Shown piece after piece: positions 26,333-38,668 of a stretch of 64,000 nt of DNA. A model generated the notes under the pieces. It saw nothing but the letters and a program-made list of their open reading frames with translations, ran no database searches and was not told the origin of the DNA. The stretch is from Octopus vulgaris (Eukaryota), in contig OX597819.1 in assembly GCA_951406725.2 (NCBI GenBank), positions 57,970,001-58,034,000 of the forward strand, read 5' to 3'. How positions within the stretch are numbered: position 1 is the first letter of the stretch; every line of letters starts with the position of its first letter. A program made the position numbers and the translations under genes.

Positions 26333-26859
26333 TGGTCAACACATCGCACTACTCGATGTAATTATGATTACTTCCTGGACCACATATTGACTTTATCGGA
26401 ATTCGCTCAGCAGCAAGATTTCCAACTAGGCTCCAAGGCAGAAATTATCGTTGTCGTAATCCTACCGTGCACTGATACCCTCTACGTTTTCCTAGATGCC
26501 AAACATAACACTAAATCCGACTGAAAATTCAGTTTATCAATTTACATCTTCTCTAATGTCCCTCGGTTCTGATCCAACCTAAACTCCACATGTGTCTCCT
26601 TTCTAACACGAATGTCATTCATTGTTCTTTTTTCCGTGATACAAATCACTTACTTCTCATCAATAGGACAAACCTATCAAACTGTGTTCACCAACATTCA
26701 GTTTTGTTCCAAAGACTTTTCCTCATCTGCAGTTATCAACGGCCAACATGACATCACCTCTAACAACGCTCACTCCTATGTAGCCAGTAGCTAGTATAAC
26801 CTTTCGTTGCTGCTTAATCTTAATCTTCCACATTTAAACATTATTCGCATGCAATAAAG

Positions 26860-27500
26860 ACACTGCAGGTCAAACCTGTACTGATTCCACGAACAGAGGT
26901 TCAGAAATATTCTCTAGCGAGATCAAACTAATATTGCTCTTCAACATCACAGACAATAACAACACATTAAGAAAGCAATAAATATTAACAGCACACACGT
27001 AGGGAGCTACAAATATTAAGTTTTACACTATTGGAGATCACTCATAGAAATTCCTCACCCACAGCATACCAATAACTGCAGCATAAAGATTTGTCATCGT
27101 CTTCTTCAGAGCCTAATACACTTCAGCTCCGACAGTTACTAACCCGCTTTTTATACCCAAAATATAGGAGTAATGCCCTATTCTGAGACCAACAACGGTG
27201 TCTCGTTCCTATAACCGGGACATAAAAATCACATAAAATATAGTAAAAACCTTAAGGACTGGAATAAATTTGGAATACTACCAGATTCTCAAATATTTTT
27301 CATGCAAACAATACAATTCAAAGCACTTTTCTAGTTCGATTGACTTAATATTTATAAAATCATATTACCCAAAATAGCACATTTGAAAATGACTACATCG
27401 CGTTCCACACAATAAAAGGGGTCTGCACGTCAGCAAGATAACAAAAATTACACCCTGAAGACGGGCCTCCCTCTTCATGCCCCAACAACTGCATCCCCGA
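26860..27500 (+). pseudogene. Probable decayed Penelope-like GIY-YIG C-terminus and 3' repeat
   Basis: Fragments resembling GQT..., W...AY.NNCS..C and RHKN; degenerate CTGAAGA-GGGC...GCCC at 27455-27485. Confidence 0.4.
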
Positions 27501-27805
27501 CAACTACAAACCCCCAACAAAGACCGATTCTATATCTGGGACACAGAAAGTCCATAGAAAATTAAATATCTTATGGTGTTGATCTAAGGTGGAATTTTGC
27601 CAGAATTTGAAATATTTTTCGTATAAACAATAAAATTCGAATTTTATCTCTAATATGATTGATTGATGTTTGCAGATTTGTGATACCGAAAATAGCATAT
27701 TTGGAACTGATTTCATTGCATTCTTCATAATAGTAACTGTTAATACTCCAGACAGTTCTTTAAGAGTTATAGTCACATTTATTTTGAACTAGTAGTAGAT
27801 ATTAT

Positions 27806-28156
27806 ATTTTACTTGTCAGTCATTGGACTGAAGCCATGCTGGGGCACCGCTTTGAGGGGTTTGATAGGACAATTCGCCCCCAATACATATCTTTAAGTCT
27901 TGTGCTTATCCTACCGGATTCTTTTGCTGAACTTTTAAGTTACGGAAACGTAACCAAAGCAACACCGGTTGTCAGACAATGGTGAGACAAGCAGAAAGAC
28001 ACATATACGTATAGACGATGTGCTTCCACACAGCTTCCGTCTACCAAATTCATTCACAAGACATTAGTCGGACCGGAGCGATTGCAGAAGACGTCCAAGT
28101 TTCCTCGCAGTGGACAGAAACCAAATCTCCGTGGTTTCAAATTCAGCTCTTTAACC
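27806..28156 (-). mobile_element. SINE family A, diverged
   Basis: Tail ttttacttgtcagtcattggactg.gccatgctggggcaccgc and body cttccgtctaccaaattcattcacaag. Confidence 0.75.
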
Positions 28157-28597
28157 TATGTGCACAATCTATGCATCACAACGGTTCGTTCAACATTTAC
28201 TCGCTACTGAGAATTTAACTCCCAACAGTGCACCCATATCCTATTTGAGTGTATTTATTGAGATATAGTGGAATACAGAAGCATTGACTAGAGCCTAAAG
28301 CTACAAACGAAAACACTGATGCGTAATAATCTATAATGATTTCCTACAAAGGCGAAGGCCGTATATTTGGTGAATGGTAGGAGGGAAGAATAGATTATAT
28401 TGAGGCACCACTCTGATGCGTTGCTGCTGCTTCTTTTAAAGACTTTGGAAGAATGAGAGGTAAATGTAACCTCGAAGAAATATGAAATTAAAGCGTAAAG
28501 GAACATAACCAAAGCGCGCAAAGCATTTTGCCCAAACTTCTAAGAATCCATCTCAATATTGCTCGTAACATATACAAGATAAGAATAACAAATATAT

Positions 28598-28768
28598 GTT
28601 ACATTATTCCCATTATTTACACTGGAGGGATATTTGTCCTCATCTTGTTTATTGTTAACACAACGTTTCGGTTGATATGCCCTCCAGCCTTCCTCAGGTG
28701 TCTTGGGGAAATTTCGAACCTGGGTTCTCATTCCTAAGCTATTTTTCTGTGTTGTTGTTGTTGTTATT

Positions 28769-28816
<48 letters not shown>

Positions 28817-28847
28817 GATGATGATGTTGTTGTTATTATTATAATTA
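28598..28847 (-). mobile_element. PLE-like family 1 terminal repeat fragment with (AAC/AAT)n
   Basis: Homologous to 13475-13700, 23118-23300 and 25455-25589. Confidence 0.85.
28657..28702 (-). ncRNA. Minimal type I hammerhead ribozyme (best-preserved family 1 copy)
   Basis: Minus strand GACAC-CTGAGGA-A-GGCTG gagggcatat CAACC-GAAA-CGT-T-GTGTT: intact core, palindromic ACGT stem III, GUU site. Confidence 0.7.
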
Positions 28848-29104
28848 TTCTATGTTTGACTTTTGCTTATAGTTTCACACATCAGCTTAACGATATAAGC
28901 TTTATAACAATATCGATCGTAAGCTGTGAAGTTGTTTATCATAATGACAATGAATCCCGTGTTTGATGAGATAGTAACAATGAAAAGGAGAAGAGGTGGG
29001 GGAAAGGAACGGAAAGTAATAATAACGATAATAATATTTTTCTACTAAAGGGATAACAATAATAATAAATTATTATTATTAGTAGTAGTAGTATTATATG
29101 AAGA

Positions 29105-29268
29105 TGGCATTTCATCTACCGCTACGTCTGAGTTCAAATTCCGCTGAGGTCGATTTCGCCTTTCATCCTTTTGGGGTCGATAAATTAAGTACCAGTGAAA
29201 CACTGGGTCGATGTAATCATGTATTCCCCTCCCCCAAAATTTCAGCCCTTGTGCCTATAGTAGAAAGG

Positions 29269-29363
<95 letters not shown>
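29105..29363 (+). mobile_element. SINE family B (5'-truncated) with (ATT)n tail
   Basis: gagttcaaattccgctgaggtcgatttcgcctttcatcc...gtgcctatagtagaaagg(att)n. Confidence 0.85.
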
Positions 29364-29365
<2 letters not shown>

Positions 29366-30030
29366 TATGTTTGACTTTTGCTTTATATTTGTACAAGCTG
29401 GCTCCAAGTCTCACCCAGAGACCTCAAGAGACAAAAGGTTGGAAGTTCATGTTGTTGTTATGCCTAGTGTGCCATATATTTGGGGGTTTTTTGTGTTGTA
29501 CTAGTGAATGACTAAAAAAAAACGAAAATTATGTTTGTTTTAAACCTTCAGATTACATAGAAAGTATTTTGCGTAGGATATGAGCAGTTCCCATGAGCGC
29601 TATCTTTTGAATTTCTGCCATTTTGGGGTTTCCTGGTATCTGAGATAGGTAGCAATCAGCCCCTTTTGCTATCATTCCCAGGGCACCTATGACAACAGGT
29701 ATTGTTTTGGTCTTCAGGTTCCACATTTTGCTGATTTCTATTTCAAGATCTTTATATTTGCTCAGTTTTTGGTAAGTCTTGACAGATACGTTTGTATCGA
29801 TTGGGACAGTCATATCAATGAGTAGGCATGTTCTTTGTCTGAAGTATTTCAATATGATGTCTGGCCTATTTGCATTTATCTTTCTGTCAGTTTGAATGGT
29901 GAAGTTCCAGAGGAGTGAGATGTGGTCATTTTCAAGCAATGGAGGTGGTTTGTCTTCCCACCAGTTTTTTTCATGGGGTAAATCCAGGTTTTTGCAAATT
30001 ACCCAGTAAATATATTGTGCAGCTCTATCT

Positions 30031-30031
<1 letters not shown>
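29364..30031 (-). pseudogene. R4/Dong-like RLE LINE 3' end inserted in (TAA)n
   Basis: Open ORF 29553-29939 LLWNFTIQTDRKINANRPD...KLSKYKDL...PVVIGALG...GTAHILRK; (ATT)n on both sides. Confidence 0.92.
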
Positions 30032-30100
<69 letters not shown>

Positions 30101-30114
30101 CATCGTCGTCGTCG

Positions 30115-30157
<43 letters not shown>

Positions 30158-30170
30158 TATTATTATTATG

Positions 30171-30230
<60 letters not shown>

Positions 30231-30359
30231 TGGTACGCCACACGTATTGAGAAGAGTATTGTTATTATGAGAACGCTTACAACCTATTTAATTTTTTCCA
30301 TTTTTATTCTTGTTATTTATTTATCCATTTTTTTCGCATAACTTGATTTTTTAAAGGAA

Positions 30360-31780
30360 CAAAAGGTGGTGGTGGTTGTGGTGGTGGTGGTGGTGGTGGT
30401 GGAAACGGTGGTGTACGAGACAGTGATGATGGTAGTGTTGATGATTGTGATTTGTGAGTTTGATTGAAGCGAATCTTAATCATAGTTGAAACCTTACTAG
30501 TAACAATGGTGGTAATTATGATGATAATGATGATGATGATGATAATGGTGACGACAACGACGACGTTGATGATGATGATGACGACGACGGCGAAGACGAC
30601 GGCGAAGACCACGACGGCGACAATGATGATGACCATTATCATGACGACAGTACGACGACGATGATGGTGGTGGTGGTGGTGATGGAGGTAGTGGGTGGGG
30701 TGGGGTGGGGTGGAGGTAGTGGTGGGGTGGGGGTGATGATGGCCGTCATCGTCATGGTTATGGTTTTGCTGGTAGTGGTGGTGGTGGTGATGGTGGTGGT
30801 GCTGATGGTGCAGGTATTAGTATTGGTGGTGGTGCTAGTAGTGGTGGTGGTGATTATGGCCGTTGTCGTGGTTATGTTGTTGCTGGTGGTGGTGGTGGTG
30901 GTAGTGGTGATGCTGATGGTCCTGGTCGTAGTATTGGTGGTAGTGGTGGTGGTGGTGGTGGTAGTGGTGGTGGTAGCACTGGTGTTGATAATGGTAGTGG
31001 TGCTGGTGGCGGCGGTGGTGTTTGATGTGGTGGTGGTGACGGGGGTGATGATGATGGGGATGAAGGAGATTGTGACAACAACAAAGATGTCGATGATGAT
31101 GATGATGATGATGATGAAGATGATGATGACGACGATGTCTCTGATAATTATGGCGTTGATGAAAAACACGATTATGATGAGGATAACGAGAAAGTGAACC
31201 GCTACATCAATCTTCACCTTCAGCATCATCACCATCCCCATTATCGTCATCATCAACATCGTTGTCGTCGTCGCCGCTGTTGTCATCACCATCATCACTA
31301 TAATCATTGTCATCATCATCATCGCTGTTGTCATCATCATCATCATCATCATCATCACCGTCGCTGTCGTCGTCACCATGATTATGTTCCCGCCACGCAC
31401 GTTGAGCAAAAAAACAACAAAAATTAACAAAGCCAAGTAACAAACAATACACAAGAAGCCAAAACAAAGACAAAAAATCACCAGGAAAATTAACAACAAC
31501 AACAACTACAACATTAACATCGACGGCAGCAACAACAAGAATAATAAACAGCAAAAAGAAAACAGTAAAAAAAAAAACGAAACAGCATGAAAACAAGTAA
31601 GAAATAAATCGACGACGACAACAACTGGATGAAGAAGAAATTACGATAAACAAAGGAAAACTGCAACAACAACAACCTACAGAACAATAACAACAACAGC
31701 AACAACTACTGAAGGACCAATGACAACAACGAGTTCCAAGTCTGCTTAAACAACTACAACAACTGTAACGACAATATCCA
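30360..31780. repeat. Degenerate trinucleotide low-complexity block: (GGT/GAT)n, then (CAT/CGT)n, then (AAC)n
   Basis: Directly visible. Confidence 0.9.
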
Positions 31781-31944
31781 GACTAAAGTTTTGACAGCTC
31801 CATTTGTATGATAAATAGGCTTAATACTTAATTAGTTTACATCTTTTCGTGTGTGTATATAAGTGGATATATATATATATGTGTGTGTGAGTGTGTGTGT
31901 GTACGTGCATATATATATGTATGTGTGTAATGTATATATACAGG

Positions 31945-31975
<31 letters not shown>

Positions 31976-33021
31976 TTATATATATGTATATATATATATA
32001 TATATATATTTATGCACACACATATATATGTATGTATATATGTATATATATATACATATACATTAATATATATATATATATTTATATATATATATATGTA
32101 TATATATAGATATATATATACGCACACACACATATATATACACACACACATATATTGTATTACATTATATATATATATATATATATCATATATCATATAT
32201 ATGTGTGTGTGTTTGTACGTTATATATATATATATATGTGTGTGTATGAGTTAATATTTGTGTGTGTGTGTGTGTGTATGTGTGTGTGTGTGTGTGTGTA
32301 AGCGGTTGTGTGCATCTATGCGCATGCGTGTACTTATGAACGTATGGGTCTTCGAATATAGAGCATTGTCAGAGTGCATTATACGGATGTATAGGGGGAA
32401 GAGAATGCACGCATGCGCGTGAATGAATATATGCGTGTGTATGTGCGTGTGTGTGTGTGCGTTATATATTGTATACGTGTATATGTGTGATTTTGTGTGT
32501 GTTTCGCAATTATCGTTTGAAAATCACACATGTGTGTGTGTATATATATTTGGGGGGAAGGTATCTGTGTGTCTGTGTGTTCGTATAATTGATATACACA
32601 CACAGATATATACATGTGTATATATACACACACAGACATATGTTTATGCTTGTACGGAACTATGCATATATGTGTGTCTATATACCTATCTATCTATCCA
32701 TCTATCTATTTTTGTGTGCGAGTGTGCGTGTGTATGTGCGCTTCTTTGTTTGTATGCATGTATGTATGTATGTATGTACAGTACTCATAACAAAAAGTGG
32801 CTTTCATCCTGCAGTATTATAAATTATAATCGACCATCAAGTGTTAATATATAAAGAGCAAGGACAAACAAAAGGAAGGAAATGAGCGCTTTCTCAGTTT
32901 ACGGAGGAATAGTAAAATTTATTATATGTTGACAACGTAGGTTTTGATGGGAAAATGTGTTATCAGGCGGCGAGCTGTATACGTGTGTATTTGTTTTCCG
33001 CCAGTGTGTGTGTGGGGGGGG

Positions 33022-33230
33022 GTTGTCCCTCCTCCTCCTCCACCACCGCTTGACAACAAGTGTTGGTGTGTTTACATCCCCGTAACTTAGCAGTTCAGTA
33101 AAAATGACCGATAGAATTAGTAGTAAGTGTTAAACAGAAAAAGAAAGTACTGGGTTCGATTCTTTCGACTAAAATTCTTCAAGGCGCTGCCCCAGCATGG
33201 CCGTATTCTAATGACTAAAAAAAGAAAAAT
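33022..33230 (+). mobile_element. SINE family A, 3' half
   Basis: accgcttgacaac...gtttacatccccgtaacttagc...aaggcgctgccccagcatggcc. Confidence 0.75.
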
Positions 33231-33235
33231 ATGAA

Positions 33236-33593
33236 AACAAGACCACTCAGAGAGCGCAAACCTCCGCCAAGGCAACACCAACGTCATCTCAATGATTAGC
33301 CAGAGATGATTTTTTTAAATGAGAATATCTGAAATAAACTCGACTTCACTTACAAACGAGAATGTTAAAAGTGAACCCGACCGCTCCCAAAAATTAAGTA
33401 AAAAACAGGAAGAATAATCCAGAATCCTTGTCCAGTACTGGATCGATCCTAAAATTTAATCAGTCACGAGGCCAAACATCCCTGAAAGTTTCATCCGAAT
33501 CCATCAAGAGGTCCTTGACATATCTTGTCCACGGACAAACAAACAAACCAACACGGCTTAAAACATCTGCCTTTGCTAAGGCGGAGGTAATAA
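33236..33593 (-). mobile_element. Helentron-associated non-autonomous element (HINE / DINE-1-like)
   Basis: Minus strand starts ttattacctccgcc, has a (gttt)n microsatellite, an inverted subterminal ggcggaggt, a 3' stem-loop gcgctctctgagtg and ends cttgtt. Confidence 0.75.
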
Positions 33594-33890
33594 GAGATTA
33601 TTATGTTTAGATGATGCTAAGATACTAGGGTCAAGCTTGGGATGGCTCTGTGGCATATACGATACGGTGAGATTGTGTGGACTGAAATCCTAGTTGAAAG
33701 GTTGCTGATATTAAGGGTTAAATATATGTGTTAAATGCATATAATATGCAAATTAATAGACCCAGTTCTCCGAATCTGTTGGCTTTGTTGCTTATATAAA
33801 AACATTGACTGGGAGTGGTCAGGTGATACAGACACCTCAGATGAGGAAACCGAAAGGCTCGAATATCGATTAAGCTTGTCCGTCATTTTC

Positions 33891-34040
33891 AGGCGAAGGA
33901 GTGGGTGTGTCGTGTTACCTTCCAAACCATATTGTCCAGTCCCACTGCGTGGCACCTTCGGCACCTATCTTGTACTATAGACCCAGGCCAACCTCCTGAG
34001 TGGAATTGGTAGACAGAAACTGAAAGAAGCCCGGCCCGAC
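33891..34040 (+). mobile_element. SINE family A, 5' half, diverged
   Basis: aggcgaaggagtgggtgtg...cagtcccactgcgtggcacc...ggtagacagaaactgaaagaagccc then (TA)n. Confidence 0.75.
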
Positions 34041-34041
34041 A

Positions 34042-34109
<68 letters not shown>

Positions 34110-34689
34110 CATGTGTGTGAGAGAAGAAATCCTGTCCAAGCAAGTGAAAATACATACGAGCACTCCTACTGGAACTATTGCATTTTGGAGGACTTCAAAC
34201 GTCTGAGAGCTACCGGCATTATATGGTGCCAAGACACAAATTAGTCATACGTACAGCATATGAATACATAAATGATGCACTCTTGAGTTTCCTTTACAAG
34301 ACTAATTTATATCGTCTGTTGCCGATATATATATATTGTACCTTTAAGCGCAAGAAATATTCTCCCCTGGCGAATACTGCATCAACATTGCCTTTGGAAG
34401 ATGTATTTACATAACGTATGATACAGAGATGGTTATTTTAATCTAATACTGATTTATTTGCTAATAACGGATTTCATTCAGCCGGATGGCTATTTGCACT
34501 AGCAGTGCTTGTCCATTCACTGCTTTCCTGTATTGGTAGCGTTAGATTTCGTCTTTGCGTGTGGTCGGCTCTCGGTACGTGCTATTGATAAAGCCCAACC
34601 AGGCAGAAATGCGCAGCTAGCATTTTCACTTGATGCAGGTGGACCATTTTCTTCTGCAACCGATATATATATATATATGTTTATATATT

Positions 34690-35515
34690 TGTTGTGCAAG
34701 ATTTTTTATGTGATGTCGTGTGTTGAAACACATATTGTTATATTTCGGAATGGTCATTTTGCCAGTTTAGCCAATAAAAACACACGCTCTATATATTTGG
34801 TGTTATTTTGCTTCAGTGTTATTTATTTTTACATTAATCTTAATCTTATTTCGGTCAGAGTTCTTTCGTCACACTCCTGTGATCGCATCAGTGGTCCTTT
34901 GTTTTCTTCTTTCTTTTTTGGGTCTCTCCTTACTAACCGTCAGCCATTTTGTATTTCTCTTGTATGTCTTCATTTACGCATGCTTATATATCTATGTGCG
35001 TCTATGTTTATTTAGTGTGTATACGTTCGTGTAATTTGTTTTTGTTGTTGTTGTTTTTGTTTATTCTCATTTTGTTCATGTGTTTACATCCACTTATTAT
35101 TATCATTACGTATGCTTGTATGTATGTATGTATAACAACAATACTAGTAATAATAATAACAATAAATAAAAAAAATATCTTTTAAATTAAACAAAATAAA
35201 AAAACTTATATACTTATTTATTTCTATTTGTTTATTTATCTGTGTATTTTATTTATTATGTTTTCGGTTTTGTTTACATTTTAACCAGTTTATGGGGATC
35301 CTCTACCGTCATATGTTGTGGTGTGTGCTAGTGTTCCATTCCAGTTTCCTATTCAGGCTAGGTTTATCTTCTATTGTGTGTGTGTAGCTTCTGTAATTTG
35401 TCTGATTGTTGCATCTGTTCTATGTGTGGACAATATTTTAATTTCTATGTTGGTGATTGATCCCCGTGTTCCTGTTCAGCGTGTTGGTATAGAATCGATG
35501 AGCTTTTACCTCCCT
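34690..35515 (-). mobile_element. Penelope-like element 3' end (GIY-YIG C-terminus plus terminal repeat)
   Basis: 35325-35512 minus strand SILYQHAEQEH...IEIKILSTH.TDATIRQITEA...KPSLNRKLEWN; hammerhead-like motif at 34853-34896; (TA)n on both sides. Confidence 0.65.
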
Positions 35516-35519
35516 TAAG

Positions 35520-35567
<48 letters not shown>

Positions 35568-35580
35568 ATATGTATGTATG

Positions 35581-35623
<43 letters not shown>

Positions 35624-36132
35624 GTGTGTGTGAGTGTGTGTGTGCGTGTGTGTGTGCGCGCGTGCATGTATGTATGTACGGTATCTCGGTATGGTACGGC
35701 ACCCACACAAGTGTCAGGCTGTAAAAGACAGTAACTCGCCCCTTCTATCCGTAGACTTGGGTGGATGCTCGAGCAAAGTGCTAACAAGCCCTTAACTTCT
35801 TGTGGCGGGGATAGGGTGATGACATCGGCAGTTGGATGTCGGGTAAACCAAAAGAGCCCTAGACCAACGGCTTGCATGTTATCGCGGCCAAGCAAGCAAC
35901 GGTTGGGCGTCACGTAGCGAGTGCTGCTGTGGGAGAGCCCTAATCTTCGACAATGCTCGTTGCACACTTGTGCACTTCTTGGCTCCTGGAGGTCCCGAGA
36001 TGCAGTCTGATAGGGGCGTGACGCTACCTGCCATATTCACGATCGAAAATCGTTTTTGTTCAGGTTTCTCTGAACTGAACAGTCAACGTCCACTTACAAT
36101 GGACAGCCAACGACGACGATGCCTGCATACTC

Positions 36133-36383
36133 ACTTTTTACTTACTTTTTACTTGATACAGTCATGTGACTGTGGCGATACTGGAGCACCGCCTTTAGTC
36201 GAGCAAATCGACCCCAGGACTTATTCTTTGTAAGCCTAGTACTTATTCTATCGGTCCCTTTTGCCGAACCGCTAAGTTGCGGGGACGTAAACACACCGGC
36301 ATCGGTTGTCAAGCGATGTTGGGGGGACAAACACAGATACACAAACATATACGCAAACACATACACTCACACACACATACATA

Positions 36384-36440
<57 letters not shown>

Positions 36441-36607
36441 GACGGGCTTCTTTCAGTTTCCGTCTATCAAATCCACTCACAAGGCTTTGGTCGGCCCGAG
36501 GTTATAGTAGAAGACACTTGCCCAAGGTGCCACGCAGTGGGACTGAACCCAACCAGGAATCATGTGGTTGTTAAGCAAGCTACTTACCACACAGCCACTC
36601 CTACGCC
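36133..36607 (-). mobile_element. SINE family A, full length
   Basis: tRNA-like head, internal (TA)/(TG) microsatellite, conserved 3' half and aagtaaaaag tail. Confidence 0.9.
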
Positions 36608-37297
36608 TACATGTAAATATGTATGTATGTACACGTATGTATCCATGCCCACATACCTTATTAACGAATAAATATAGAGTAGAAAATAATAATAGACATA
36701 ACGACATATTTAATAAACATATACTTAGTCTTACCGTCAAAATATACGTTAACAAGCTACAAAACTTTTGCCAGTTACAAGTGAGGATAACGCGACTAGT
36801 TTGGTCTTTCATTACAGTTTCTCCAGAAGTCGTTTACCTCACGTTCTATGTGCCGAAGTTAAACATGAATATATCGTCTTATGAATAATGTAAACACAAT
36901 TACTGGCGTAAATAATTTACATAATGATAGAAGATTGATGGCCAAGATATAATAACAAAATACCAACAAGGCGTGGTTACGAAAAAATATGCGTGTGTGT
37001 ATGAGTGTATATGTGTGTGTGTGTGTGCGAGTTCGTGCATTTGCACATCGAGATTGTATATATGGTTATTAAATACCATCGTGAGTGACATTCATCATCA
37101 TATTCATTCATAATCATGCTGTGTTGGTATCTTATTAATAAATCCCGGTCATCAATCTTGACCGTTGTTTTATGCATATATTTATGTAAGCACACGCGTG
37201 TGTGTGTGTGTCTATGTGCACATACATATATACATGTCTACGTATATACACATGTATATAAATTTTCATATATTTGTGTAGTTTTGTATTCACATAT

Positions 37298-37494
37298 CTT
37301 TTACTCTTTTACTTGTTTCAGTCATTTTACTGCGGCCACGCTGGAACACCGCCTTTAGTCGAGCAAATCGCCCCCAGGAGTAAACCTAATACTTATTTTA
37401 TCGGTCTCTTTTGTCGAACCGCTAAGTTACAGGGACGTAAACATACCAGCATCGGTTGTCAAGCAATGTTGGGGGACAAAACACAGACACACAA

Positions 37495-37553
<59 letters not shown>

Positions 37554-37720
37554 TATATACGACGGCTTCTTTCAGTTATGTTTACCAAATCCACTCACTA
37601 GACTTTGGTCGGCCCGAGGCTATAGTAGAAGACACTTGCCCAAGGTGCCACGCAGTGGGACTGAACCCGGAACCATGTGGTTGGTAAGCAAGCTATTTAC
37701 CACATAGCCACTCCTACGTC
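37298..37720 (-). mobile_element. SINE family A, full length
   Basis: Same architecture with internal (CA)n. Confidence 0.9.
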
Positions 37721-38559
37721 TATGTGTATTTATATATAATACATTATTGTTATTTATAGATACTGTGTTTATAATACATTGATAGACAGACGGACAGCAG
37801 GCGGACAGTTATAGACATAGATAAGCGTCTACATTGTGAGTGTAAGGCAAATTTACAAATGCTTTCTACGTGAGCTTATTTAGTGCCTCCATTGGTCAGT
37901 TCAGGTTATACAAATGCACAAATAGTACACCAACAGCGATATAAGATAATCGTATATTTGCTGTTACGTGGTAGAGGAGATATTCTAATGGCGTCTTGTA
38001 AGCCAGCGGTCTCTTGGGTTTTAGAAGTCAGTCATTTTAGTGGCTTCAGAAAAGAGGCAACCAATCTTTTTTTTTCAGATTACAGTTTAGTTTGACTGCT
38101 ATGCCCTATTGTGTGATTCTAGCAGGGTATTTTCTTATTGTCTGCGATGATGATATGTAGAAGAGAAATAATCTCGCTTTAGGCAATCAAATAGTGATAA
38201 TTTTCGGTCTGCATACCACCATCATATACGAAATTATGTTCCTATGTGGAAGTGAATTAACTTGTTATTAACTACTTTCATCTCCAATAGTTGTGTTGAT
38301 CGCGACTTTCGTGTATTTAACTGTCTCCGTCTATTTTTTTTTTCCTCTGTGCCTGCGTGCTCGTGTGTATGTATATTTATGATGTATGAATGTATGTATG
38401 TATGTTTGTATGCATGTATGTATGTATGTGTGTATATCTGTCTGTATGTATGTATGTATGTATGCATGCATGTATGGAAGTATGTATGTATGTATGTATG
38501 CATGCATGTATGGAAGTATGTATGTATGTATGTATCCAAACACACATATACACATATAG

Positions 38560-38606
38560 AAAGAATGAAAGAAAGAAAGAAAGAAAGAAACGAAGGAAGG
38601 AAGGAA

Positions 38607-38664
<58 letters not shown>

Positions 38665-38668
38665 AAAG
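38560..38668. repeat. (AAAG)n/(AAGG)n purine tract
   Basis: Directly visible. Confidence 0.9.

Noticed and set aside
30639-31505. 288-aa ORF resembling a mucin with a hydrophobic N-terminus and Thr-rich tail
   Set aside because: Entirely degenerate trinucleotide repeat, with several frames and both strands open and no domain or splice evidence.
33835-33870. CAGATGA-GG-AAA-CC-GAAA hammerhead candidate
   Set aside because: Core mismatch and no stem I.
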